NCBI GenBank assembly: GCA_025459425.1
Contig: JALOQF010000014.1
Span: 1 to 32,000 of the forward strand
DNA: 32,000 bases
Reading direction: 5' to 3'
From: Myxococcaceae bacterium
Lineage (GTDB): Bacteria; Myxococcota; Myxococcia; Myxococcales; Myxococcaceae
A program made the position numbers and the translations under genes. Below, piece after piece: positions 10,762 to 18,684 of the stretch. The stretch's first letter is position 1. Each line of letters starts with the position of its first letter. The notes below the pieces were generated by a model. It was not told where the DNA came from. It did not search any database and was given only the letters and a program-made list of their open reading frames with translations.

Positions 10762-11586
10762 ATGCAGCTCCACGTCGACCTCGTCACCGCGCCGAACGCG
10801 ACGCCCTCGCGGGCGTTCCTCTTTCTCCACGGCATTCTGGGCCAGGGCACCAACCTGCGAACGCTGGCGCGGCGCTTCGTCGAGGCGCGGCCGACGTACC
10901 AGGCGGTGCTCGTCGACCTGCGCGCCCACGGCGCCTCCCAGGGCGTCGAAGGCGAAGACTCGGTGGTGACGGCGGCGGGCGACGTGGCGCAGACGGCGAA
11001 GGCCCTGCCGCTGCCGGTGACGGGCGCCTGCGCGCACTCGTTCGGTGGAAAGGTGACGATGCTGCTGGCCGAGCGCCTCGACGGGCTCGAGCACCTCGTC
11101 ATCCTCGACTCGGGGCCGGGCGCACGCACCGACTTCCGCGGCTCGGAGCTGACGATGAAGGTGCTGTCGACGCTCGAAGACGCACCGGCGCGGTTTCCTT
11201 CACGCGAGGCCTTCGTCGCGCACCTCGGCACCGCCGGCATCGAGCGCGGCATCGCGACGTGGCTGGGCATGAACCTCGACCGCGGCGACGACGGGTTCCG
11301 CTTCACCCTGTCGCTCGCCCGCATCCGCGCGCTGCTGGCCTCGTACTTCGCCACCGACTGCTGGCCGGTGCTCGAGCGGCTGGCCCTCGACGCAGGCCCG
11401 GCGTTTCACCTCGTCATCGGCGCGCGCTCGAAGGTGTTCGACGCCCACGAGCGGGAGCGGGCCGAGGCGCTGGCGGCCCGCTCAGGTGGGCGCTGCACCG
11501 TCGACGTGTTGCCGACGGGCCACTGGGTGCACGTCGACGACTTCGAGGGCACCGTGCGGGCGCTGCTGTCACGTGTTCCGGCGTGA
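10762..11586 (+). CDS. Alpha/beta hydrolase
   Basis: LFLHGILGQGTNLRTLARRF (oxyanion HG), VDLRAHGASQG, GACAHSFGGKVTMLLAE nucleophile elbow (HSFGG), GHWVHVDD catalytic His. ATG 10762 preceded by a GGAG-type RBS. Confidence 0.88.
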   Translation: MQLHVDLVTAPNATPSRAFLFLHGILGQGTNLRTLARRFVEARPTYQAVLVDLRAHGASQGVEGEDSVVTAAGDVAQTAKALPLPVTGACAHSFGGKVTMLLAERLDGLEHLVILDSGPGARTDFRGSELTMKVLSTLEDAPARFPSREAFVAHLGTAGIERGIATWLGMNLDRGDDGFRFTLSLARIRALLASYFATDCWPVLERLALDAGPAFHLVIGARSKVFDAHERERAEALAARSGGRCTVDVLPTGHWVHVDDFEGTVRALLSRVPA

Positions 11587-11649
11587 GCCTGGCGCTGGGG
11601 GTGCGGAGTCAGGGACACGCCGCGACCGGCGTGAGCGAGCCGGGACTCG

Positions 11650-12096
11650 TCACCGCTCCCATGTCAGCAGCGACAACGGGTACATCGGCCCGTCGAGGGC
11701 GAGGTCGACGAACTGCTTCACGTCGCGGCCGGCGAGCGCCACCGTCGGCACCTGCTCGCGGGTGAACCACTGCGCGGCGAGCGAGTGCTCGTCGGCCTGC
11801 AGCTTGAGCGGCCGGTCGTCGGCGGGCCGGGCCACCACGCAGATGCGCAGCCGGGCCTCACCGCCGTCGACGAGCGTGTGCTGCACGCGCAAGAGGCCCT
11901 CGAGCTCGACGGGAACGCCCACCTCGGCGTGGGCCATGCGGCGCGCGGCGGCCAGCAGCTCTTCGCCGGGTTCGACGCGGCCACCCGGCAGCGACCAGGC
12001 CACGCCGTCCTTCGGGTCGCGCACCAGCGCCACCTTGCGCCCGGACTTCACGACGACGAGGGCGAACGTCCACGTGGGCGTCGGGGTGCGGGCCAT
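11650..12096 (-). CDS. Nudix-fold protein with a degenerate Nudix box
   Basis: MARTPTPTWTFALVVVKSGRKVALVRDPKDGVAWSLPGGRVEPGEELLAAARRMAHAEVGVPVELEGLLRVQHT. Confidence 0.8.
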   Translation of the reverse strand: MARTPTPTWTFALVVVKSGRKVALVRDPKDGVAWSLPGGRVEPGEELLAAARRMAHAEVGVPVELEGLLRVQHTLVDGGEARLRICVVARPADDRPLKLQADEHSLAAQWFTREQVPTVALAGRDVKQFVDLALDGPMYPLSLLTWER

Positions 12097-12283
12097 GCCG
12101 CCACACTGCGCCGCACAGGCCCGTCATTCAACCGCCGAAGGGGGCGCGCCCGCTGCTTCGTGGTGACAGCGTTCGCCGCGCGCCAGCCGTCGGGCGCGAA
12201 GACGGACCAGCGGGTGCCACCGCAGGGCTCGGGGGGCTCCATCGTCGCCGCTGCCCGTTCCCCCTGTGGTAACGAGGCGCCCC

Positions 12284-12721
12284 ATGGACGAACTCACGCA
12301 ACGCACCAACGCGCTCAAGTCGATGCCGCTGCTCGCCGACCTTCCCCACGGCGAGCTCGAGAAGCTCGCGAAGCGGCTGTCGGTGGAGCAGCACCGCACC
12401 GGCTCCGTCATCATCAAGGAAGGCTCGAGCGGCGCGGCGGCGTACTTCATCGTCTCGGGCAGCTGCGAGGTGCGGCGCGAGGGCAAGCGCGGCAGCAAGC
12501 GCGTCAACGTCATCAAGCGCGGCGACTGCTTCGGCGAGCTGTCCATCATCAACCCGGCCCCGCGCTCGGCCACCGTGGTGGCGCTCGAGACCGTCGACCT
12601 GCTGGTGCTGAACGAGGCCGACTTCCGCGACGCGCTGCGGTCGAACCGCTCGATGGCGCTGCAGCTCGTGCGCGCGCTCGCCAAGCGGCTCCAGGCACGG
12701 GAAGACGAGTTCACGGGATGA
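12284..12721 (+). CDS. Stand-alone cyclic-nucleotide-binding domain protein without an HTH
   Basis: MDELTQRTNALKSMPLLADLPHGELEKLAKRL...SVIIKEGSSGAAAYFIVSGSCEV...RGDCFGELSIINPAPRSATVVALE: complete phosphate-binding cassette (FGE...PRSATV). The protein ends 27 codons after the domain. Confidence 0.88.
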   Translation: MDELTQRTNALKSMPLLADLPHGELEKLAKRLSVEQHRTGSVIIKEGSSGAAAYFIVSGSCEVRREGKRGSKRVNVIKRGDCFGELSIINPAPRSATVVALETVDLLVLNEADFRDALRSNRSMALQLVRALAKRLQAREDEFTG

Positions 12722-13737
12722 TTTCGACCTCGACCACGCCTTCCTGCACCATCCGCCAGCTCCTCGAGGACACGCAGTACGACCTCAAGCTCGAGCTGGT
12801 GGCGGGTGGCCCCGGCCTCGACCGGCGCATCTCGAGCTCGCGCGTGCAGAAGCCGGGCCTCGCGCTCACCGGCTTCACCGAGCACCTGCACCCCGAGCGG
12901 CTGCAGATCTTCGGCAACACCGAGATCTCGTACCTGCGCACCCTCTCGCCGGAGCAGCAGGTGGCGGTGCTGAAGAAGGTGTTCGAGTCGAACCTGGCGG
13001 CGGTGGTGGTGACGAAGGGCCTCGAGGTGCCGGCGCCACTCCACGAGGGCTGCGACCGCACGAACCTCACGCTCATGCGCACGCCGCTCATCTCGTCGGC
13101 GTTCATCTCGCAGGTGCAGTCGTTCCTCGAAGAGGCGCTGATGGCGTCGGGCAGCCTGCACGGCGTGCTCGTCGACGTCTTCGGCGTCGGCGTGCTGCTG
13201 CTGGGCAAGTCGGGCATCGGCAAGAGCGAGATTGCGCTGGACCTCGTGATGCGCGGGCACCGCCTGGTGGCCGACGACATCGTGAACCTCGTGCGCAAGC
13301 AGGCCGACGTGTACGGGCACGGCAACGAGATGATTCAGCACCACATGGAGATTCGGGGGCTGGGCATTCTCAACATCAAGGACCTCTTCGGCGTGGCGGC
13401 GGTGCGCGACCGGAAGAAGATCGAGCTCGTCATCGAGCTGGTCGAGTGGACGCCGACGGCCGAGTACGACCGCCTGGGCCTCGAGCAGGAGTCGATGAAC
13501 ATTCTGGGCGCCGAGCTGCCGCACGCGGTGGTGCCGGTGCGGCCGGGGCGCAACATGACGACCATCGTCGAGGTGGCGGCGCGCAACCACCTGCTCAAGC
13601 TGCGCGGCCACAACTCGGCGCAGGAGTTCGCGGAGCGCCTGTCACAGGCCATCTCGCGCCAGGGCACACCGTCGTCGGGCCGCGCGCAGGTGCCCGCGCC
13701 GAGGCCGACGCCGCAGTACGAAGAAGACGTCGAGTAG
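12718..13737 (+). CDS. hprK: HPr kinase/phosphorylase
   Basis: Walker A GKSGIGKSEIALDLVMRGHRLVADD and HprK signature MEIRGLGILNIKDLFGVAAVR. ATG overlaps the upstream TGA (ATGA, 12718-12721). Confidence 0.95.
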   Translation: MISTSTTPSCTIRQLLEDTQYDLKLELVAGGPGLDRRISSSRVQKPGLALTGFTEHLHPERLQIFGNTEISYLRTLSPEQQVAVLKKVFESNLAAVVVTKGLEVPAPLHEGCDRTNLTLMRTPLISSAFISQVQSFLEEALMASGSLHGVLVDVFGVGVLLLGKSGIGKSEIALDLVMRGHRLVADDIVNLVRKQADVYGHGNEMIQHHMEIRGLGILNIKDLFGVAAVRDRKKIELVIELVEWTPTAEYDRLGLEQESMNILGAELPHAVVPVRPGRNMTTIVEVAARNHLLKLRGHNSAQEFAERLSQAISRQGTPSSGRAQVPAPRPTPQYEEDVE

Positions 13738-13740
13738 CGC

Positions 13741-14115
13741 TCAGGGCCCACGCGGGGCGCGCGCCCACCACGACAGCGCCGCCTCGAGGTTCTCCCGCGC
13801 GCGCGCGCTCAGCGCCTCACCCAGCCCGAACTGCCACCCCCGAATCGCGAGCACCTTCGCGGGCGGCGCCTTCTCGCCGGTGAGCTGCTCGAACACGTGC
13901 AGCAGCGCGCCGGGCGAGAGGTGGTGCGTCGTGAGGCTCGCCGCGCCGTCGGGCATCACCTCGCGCACCTCGAAGGGCTCGGCCGCGTCCACCGCCGCGT
14001 CGACGAAGAGCACCTGGTCGCGGCCGACGAGGTCGAGCGCGTGCTCCGGCTGCAGCTGGTAGTCGACGACGAGCTCGACGTCGTCTCGCCGCGCGGCCTC
14101 TCCGACGAACGTCCG
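13741..14115 (-). CDS. hoxW: [NiFe]-hydrogenase maturation endopeptidase-like, apparently 5'-truncated (see findings)
   Basis: RTFVGEAARRDDVELVVDYQLQPEHALDLVGRDQVLFVDAAVDAAEPFEVREVMPDGAASLTTHHLSPGALLHVFEQL...: DYQL, FVDA and HHLSP motifs of this family. No complete GxGNxxxxDDGxG N-terminus and no nearby in-frame start codon. Confidence 0.6.
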   Translation of the reverse strand, partial: RTFVGEAARRDDVELVVDYQLQPEHALDLVGRDQVLFVDAAVDAAEPFEVREVMPDGAASLTTHHLSPGALLHVFEQLTGEKAPPAKVLAIRGWQFGLGEALSARARENLEAALSWWARAPRGP

Positions 14116-15542
14116 CCCCCCCGCGTGCCGACGCCCACCACCGCTCCGCGCGCGTCCACCACCGTCACCTCGAGCGGCATGCGCCCCATCGCGTGCGTCG
14201 CGCACGACAGGCACGGGTCGAACGCGCGCACCGCCACCTCGACGTGGTTGAGCAGGCCCTCGGTCACCTCGTGGCCGTCCAGGTACCGGCGCGCCACCGA
14301 GCGGATGGCCTCGTTCATCGCCTGGTTGTTGTTGGTGGTGCTGACGATGAGGTTGCAGCGGGAGACGAGGTCGTCGTCGCCCACCTCGTAGTGGTGAATC
14401 AACGTGCCACGCGGCGCCTCGATGATGCCGATGCCTTCCCGCTGCCGGGCGCCCGTCGAGACGAGGTCGCCGTGCAGCAGGCCATCGTCGTGGAGCAGCC
14501 GCTCGAGGTCTTCGGCGGCGTGGAGGAGCTCGATCATCCGCGCCCAGTGGAAGGCGAGCGGCGCGTGGGTGATGCCCGGGTACGCCGCGCGGAAGTCCCG
14601 GCGGGCCGCCTCGGCGAGCGGCGTCGGCAGGCGGTCGCACAGCTGCACGCGCGCCAGCGGGCCCACCTTGTACCAACCGACGTCCGGCCCCAGCCGCTCG
14701 AGGTAGGGGAACTTCATGTACGACCAGGGCCGCACGTCTTCACGAATCAGCGCCTGGTAGTCGGCCGCCTCGACGCCATCGAAGAGCACCCGCCCCTCGG
14801 CGTCGACGCCGCGCAGGCCACCGTCGTAGAGGTCGAGCGCGCCGTCGGAGGCCACCAGCCCGAGCAGGTTCGAGGGCACCGCGCCGAAGCCCCGATGCCG
14901 GGCCTCGTTCACCTCGGTGAGGCGCCGCGCGAGCGCGACGGCCTCGAGCGCCCAGGCCTTCACCTGCGGCACCTGCGAGAGGAACGTGTCGCGCGCCTCG
15001 AGCGCCAGGTGCTTGTTCACGCCCCCCGGCACCGCGCCCGTGCCGTGAATGCGCTTGCCGTAGACGGCCTCGAGCACCTGCTGACCGAACTTGCGCAGCA
15101 GCACCCCCATCTTCGCGATGTCGGGGTGCTGCGCCACCAGCCCGATGAGGTTGCGCCGCGAGACGTCGGAGTCGAAGCCGAACAGCAGGTCGGGCGAGGC
15201 GAGGTGGAAGAAGTGCAGCGCGTGCGACTGGAGCATCTGCCCCGAGTGCATGAGCCTCCGGAGCTTCACCGCCGACGGTGGAGGCACGCCGCCCACCACC
15301 TGGTCGAGCGCCTTGGCCGCGCACAGGTTGTGCGACACCGGGCAGATGCCGCACAGCCGCTGCACCACCACCGGCACTTCCCAGTACGGGCGCCCGACGA
15401 TGAAGGCCTCGAAGCCGCGGAACTCGACGATGTGCAGCCGCGCCTCGTGCACCTTCCCCGCCTCGTCGAGGAGCAACGTCACCTTCCCGTGGCCTTCGAC
15501 GCGCGAGAGCGGCTCGATGGCGATGCGGCGCAGGTCAGTCAT
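13956..15542 (-). CDS. hoxH: NAD-linked [NiFe]-hydrogenase large subunit
   Basis: QRLCGICPVSHNLCAAKALD (N-terminal CxxC) and DPCLSCATHAMGRMPLEVTV (C-terminal NiFe ligand motif). Residues after roughly position 14120 (GGGRSSERPRGETTSSSSS...) look like out-of-frame read-through. Confidence 0.93.
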   Translation of the reverse strand: MTDLRRIAIEPLSRVEGHGKVTLLLDEAGKVHEARLHIVEFRGFEAFIVGRPYWEVPVVVQRLCGICPVSHNLCAAKALDQVVGGVPPPSAVKLRRLMHSGQMLQSHALHFFHLASPDLLFGFDSDVSRRNLIGLVAQHPDIAKMGVLLRKFGQQVLEAVYGKRIHGTGAVPGGVNKHLALEARDTFLSQVPQVKAWALEAVALARRLTEVNEARHRGFGAVPSNLLGLVASDGALDLYDGGLRGVDAEGRVLFDGVEAADYQALIREDVRPWSYMKFPYLERLGPDVGWYKVGPLARVQLCDRLPTPLAEAARRDFRAAYPGITHAPLAFHWARMIELLHAAEDLERLLHDDGLLHGDLVSTGARQREGIGIIEAPRGTLIHHYEVGDDDLVSRCNLIVSTTNNNQAMNEAIRSVARRYLDGHEVTEGLLNHVEVAVRAFDPCLSCATHAMGRMPLEVTVVDARGAVVGVGTRGGGRSSERPRGETTSSSSSTTSCSRSTRSTSSAATRCSSSTRRWTRPSPSRCAR

Positions 15543-16074
15543 AGCGGAGCGCTCCTCTCGGCAACGTCGGCTCGCGCCCGTCGAGCAGCGCGGTGAGGAA
15601 GGCCCAGAACGCGTCGGCCGGCGGTGGGCAGCCCGGCAGGAAGTAGTCGACGCGAACGAACTCGTGCACCGGCCGAACCTTGTCGAAGAGCCGCGGCAGC
15701 TCGACGTCGTCAGGCAGCGCGCGCCGGCCGAGGCCCGGCTCGGCCATGTAGACGGTGTGCAAGAGCTCGCTCACGTCGAACTGGTTGCGCTGGGCGGGGA
15801 GGCCTCCATTGATGGCGCAGGCGCCCACCGACACCAGCAGGCGGCACTGGTCGCGGAACTCCTTCAGCACGTGCAGGTTGTCTTCGTTGCACACGCCACC
15901 CTCGATGAGCCCTACGTCGCAGGCGCTGGCGTGCTTCACGTCGGTGAGCGGAGACCGGTCGAACGTCACGCGCTCGAGCAGCGGGAGGATGCGCTCGTCG
16001 AGGTCGAGGAACGACATGTGGCAGCCGAAGCAGCCGGCGAGCGACGTGGTGGCCAGCTTCACCTTGCCCGTCAT
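15535..16074 (-). CDS. hoxY: NAD-linked [NiFe]-hydrogenase small subunit
   Basis: MTGKVKLATTSLAGCFGCHMSFLDLDERIL...VGACAINGGLPAQRN...VDYFLPGCPPPADAFWAFL: CxxC, GACA and GCPP motifs. Confidence 0.95.
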   Translation of the reverse strand: MTGKVKLATTSLAGCFGCHMSFLDLDERILPLLERVTFDRSPLTDVKHASACDVGLIEGGVCNEDNLHVLKEFRDQCRLLVSVGACAINGGLPAQRNQFDVSELLHTVYMAEPGLGRRALPDDVELPRLFDKVRPVHEFVRVDYFLPGCPPPADAFWAFLTALLDGREPTLPRGALRYD

Positions 16075-16781
16075 GGCTCCTCCTTGCCTTCGACCTGCGT
16101 GCGCGGCGGCGCGACGTCGTGGGGCCGCTGGCCGATGGGCGTCGAGAAGCCGACGCGCTTCTTCAAGATGACGCCGACCGGGCACACGCGCGCCGCGACG
16201 TCGTCGACGGACATGCCGGTGTCCGCCAGCCGGCCCGACTCGGCGTTGACGATGAGGTGCTTGTGCAGCCCACGCCCCGAGAGCGCGAAGACGTGCTTGT
16301 GGTCGACGTCCGCCGAAGCGCGCACGCACAGCTCGCAGAGGATGCAGCGGTTGAAGTCGAGGAGCAGGTCGGGGTGCGACGCATCGACCGGGCGCTGCGG
16401 CGACTCGTGCGCGAAGCCTGCCGAGGTGACGCCGAGGTCGGTGCCGAGGGTCTGCAGCGTGCAGCCGCCGGACTTCTCGCACCCGGGGCAGAAGTGGTTG
16501 CCCTCGACGAGGAGCATCTGCACGAGCGCCTGCCGGTCGGCGTGGAGCGACGGCGTCTGGCTCTCGACGGTGAGGCCGGCCGCAGCCCGGGTGGTGCACG
16601 CCGCCATCGGGCGCCCGTTCACCAGCACCGTGCAGACGCGACACGAGCCGTGAGCCGGGAAGTCCGGGTGCGCGCAGAGGAAGGGAATGTACGTGTGCGC
16701 AGCGCGCGCGGCCTCGATGAGCGTCTGGCCCTCGTCGAACTCGACCGGCACACCGTCGAGGGTGAAGCGCGGGCGGCTCAT
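16071..16781 (-). CDS. hoxU: Hydrogenase diaphorase-linked ferredoxin-like subunit
   Basis: PFLCAHPDFPAHGSCRVCTVLVNGRPMAAC (2Fe-2S), GNHFCPGCEKSGGCTLQ (His/Cys cluster), FNRCILCELCVRASADVDHKHVFALSGRG...CPVG (4Fe-4S). ATGA overlap with hoxF. Confidence 0.93.
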   Translation of the reverse strand: MSRPRFTLDGVPVEFDEGQTLIEAARAAHTYIPFLCAHPDFPAHGSCRVCTVLVNGRPMAACTTRAAAGLTVESQTPSLHADRQALVQMLLVEGNHFCPGCEKSGGCTLQTLGTDLGVTSAGFAHESPQRPVDASHPDLLLDFNRCILCELCVRASADVDHKHVFALSGRGLHKHLIVNAESGRLADTGMSVDDVAARVCPVGVILKKRVGFSTPIGQRPHDVAPPRTQVEGKEEP

Positions 16782-18520
16782 CGGCGGGCTCCTTCGTGGC
16801 GGCCGTTCATGAGGGCCGCCTCGACGTCGAAGGACGGCTCGAACGAGGCCGACAGTCGCCGCCGCACGTCTTCGGGGAACTTGCGCAGCCAGTGCCGGTA
16901 CGCGTTGGGCGCCATCACGCCGAGGCCGCAGTGCGACGTGTCTCGGAGCAGGTGGGCGAGGGTCTCGAGCTCGGTCAGCTCGACGCTCGAGCCACGGCCC
17001 TGCTGGAGCTTCGAGAGGCTGCGTGCCGCGACGTGCGTCCCCACCCGGCAGGGCGTGCAGAAGCCGCAGCTCTCGTGCGCGAAGAAGCGCGCGAAGTTGA
17101 GCGCCACCTCGAGCAGGTCACGCCGGGGCCCGAAGACGGCGATGGCTCCGGCGCAGGCGAGGTCTTCGAAGCACAGCCGGCGGTCGAACTCGAACGGGGC
17201 CACCAGCTCACCGGAAGGGCCGCTCACCTGCACGGCCCGGGCGTCGACCCCGCCTGCGAGCGCCAGCACGTCTCGGAGCGTCACGCCCCACGGCACCTCG
17301 TAGACGCCGGGGCGCTCGACGTCGCCAGCGACCGACAGGAGCTTCGAGCCGGTGGACTTCTCGGTGCCGAGCGCGCTCCACGCCTCGACGCCGTTCGCGA
17401 AGACGACGGCCACGTCGGCGTACGTCTCGACGTTGTTCACGATGGTGGGCCGACCGAGGTAGCCATTCGTCACCGGAAAGGGAGGCCGGTGCCGCGGGAC
17501 GCCGCGCTTGCCCTCGAGGGACTCGATGAGCGCGGTCTCTTCACCGCAGACGTACGCCCCCGCGCCCAGGTGCAGGTCGATGTCGAAGTCGAAGCCCCGC
17601 TCGCCGAGAATGCCCTGGCCGAGCAGGCCCTCACGACGACGCCGCTCGAGCACCCCGCGCAGGTGCCCTTCGAGGAACGTGTACTCACCCCGGAGGTAGA
17701 TGAAGCCCGTCGTCGCCTGCGTACAGTGCGCGGCGACGGTCATGCCCTCGACGACGAGGTCGGCGCAGGTGGCGAGGAGCACCCGGTCCTTGAAGGTGCC
17801 CGGTTCGCCCTCGTCGGCGTTGCACACCACGACGCTGTCGCCGGGCGCGGTGCGGCAGGTCTCCCACTTGGTGACGACGGGAAAGCCCGCGCCGCCGCGC
17901 CCACGGAGCCGCGCGGCCTCGAGCGTCTTCGTCCGTGCGTCGTGGCCCTGCTCGAGCACGCGGCGCAGGGCGGCCCCGGGCGCGAGCCGAGACGAGAGGA
18001 CCGGACCTCGCTGCCGAATGCCTTCGTCGACGTGCAGCAGCGCCTCCGGCCAGCGGTCGACGGGCGTCCCTGCTTCGATGCAGGCCACCACGGCGTCGAG
18101 TCGTTCCCCGACGACGCGTGAAATCGCGCGCCCGTTCACCAGAATCGCGGGCGGCTGGTCGCACAGCCCGGTGCACGACGTGCGGTCGAGCGAGACGACG
18201 CCATCGGTGCGAACGTGGCCGGGCTCGACGTGGAGCCGCTCGGAGAACGCCCGGAGCGTGTCGTGACTGCCCGCGAAGACGTCGGTGATGTTGTCCGAGA
18301 CGAGCACACGGAAGCGGCCGACGGGCTCGAGGTGCAAGAAGGCGTAGAACCCGGCCACGCCCTCGACATGCGCGCGTGGCAGACCGAGCCCGTTGGCCAC
18401 CTCGGTGAGCACACGCGGTGGGAGCCACTGGCCGCTGGCCGCCTGAACGTCTCTCAGAAGCTGGAGGAGCCGCGTGGGGTCGCGCTGGTGCGCGTCGAGG
18501 AGCTCGGACACCGTGCGCAT
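16778..18520 (-). CDS. hoxF: Hydrogenase diaphorase subunit with N-terminal HoxE/NuoE-like domain fused to a NuoF-like FMN/NADH domain
   Basis: N-terminal MRTVSELLDAHQRDPTRLLQLLRDVQAASGQWLP...TSCTGLCDQPPAILVNG; then LRGRGGAGFPVVTKWE, CNADEGEPGTFKDR, GAGAYVCGEETALIESLEGKRGVPR, and ESCGFCTPCRVGT. ATG at 18518-18520. Confidence 0.94.
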   Translation of the reverse strand: MRTVSELLDAHQRDPTRLLQLLRDVQAASGQWLPPRVLTEVANGLGLPRAHVEGVAGFYAFLHLEPVGRFRVLVSDNITDVFAGSHDTLRAFSERLHVEPGHVRTDGVVSLDRTSCTGLCDQPPAILVNGRAISRVVGERLDAVVACIEAGTPVDRWPEALLHVDEGIRQRGPVLSSRLAPGAALRRVLEQGHDARTKTLEAARLRGRGGAGFPVVTKWETCRTAPGDSVVVCNADEGEPGTFKDRVLLATCADLVVEGMTVAAHCTQATTGFIYLRGEYTFLEGHLRGVLERRRREGLLGQGILGERGFDFDIDLHLGAGAYVCGEETALIESLEGKRGVPRHRPPFPVTNGYLGRPTIVNNVETYADVAVVFANGVEAWSALGTEKSTGSKLLSVAGDVERPGVYEVPWGVTLRDVLALAGGVDARAVQVSGPSGELVAPFEFDRRLCFEDLACAGAIAVFGPRRDLLEVALNFARFFAHESCGFCTPCRVGTHVAARSLSKLQQGRGSSVELTELETLAHLLRDTSHCGLGVMAPNAYRHWLRKFPEDVRRRLSASFEPSFDVEAALMNGRHEGARR

Positions 18521-18576
18521 GAGTCGGTTGGATGCACGCGCCGCGCCGCCATGTACGAGCCCACGCCGGTCGGCCC

Positions 18577-18593
18577 GACGCAAGGCTTGCGTC
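18577..18593. promoter_or_regulatory. Perfect inverted repeat upstream of hoxF; operator candidate
   Basis: GACGCAAG-G-CTTGCGTC, 8-bp perfect arms around one base, in the divergent intergenic region 57 bp upstream of the hoxF start. Confidence 0.45.
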
Positions 18594-18684
18594 AGGGCGC
18601 TTCACCAGACCGGGACGGCGCAAGAAGCGGGCGCGGGAGACGCACGGCGCCAAACGCGGTGGCTGCTGGCACGATGCGGCCGCG

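Noticed and set aside
11578-11636. 11-bp direct repeat CCGGCGTGAGC (11578 and 11626) between convergent genes
   Set aside because: Short, GC-biased and without dyad symmetry or a T-tract; plausible by chance.
11785-12717. N-terminal part of the 650-aa plus ORF ending in HprK
   Set aside because: Open only because of missing stops; it overlaps the Nudix and cNMP genes, and HprK homology starts near 12718.
18668-18684. TGGCACGATGCGG resembling a sigma-54 -24 element
   Set aside because: Lacks the TTGC -12 box at proper spacing and abuts the start codon.
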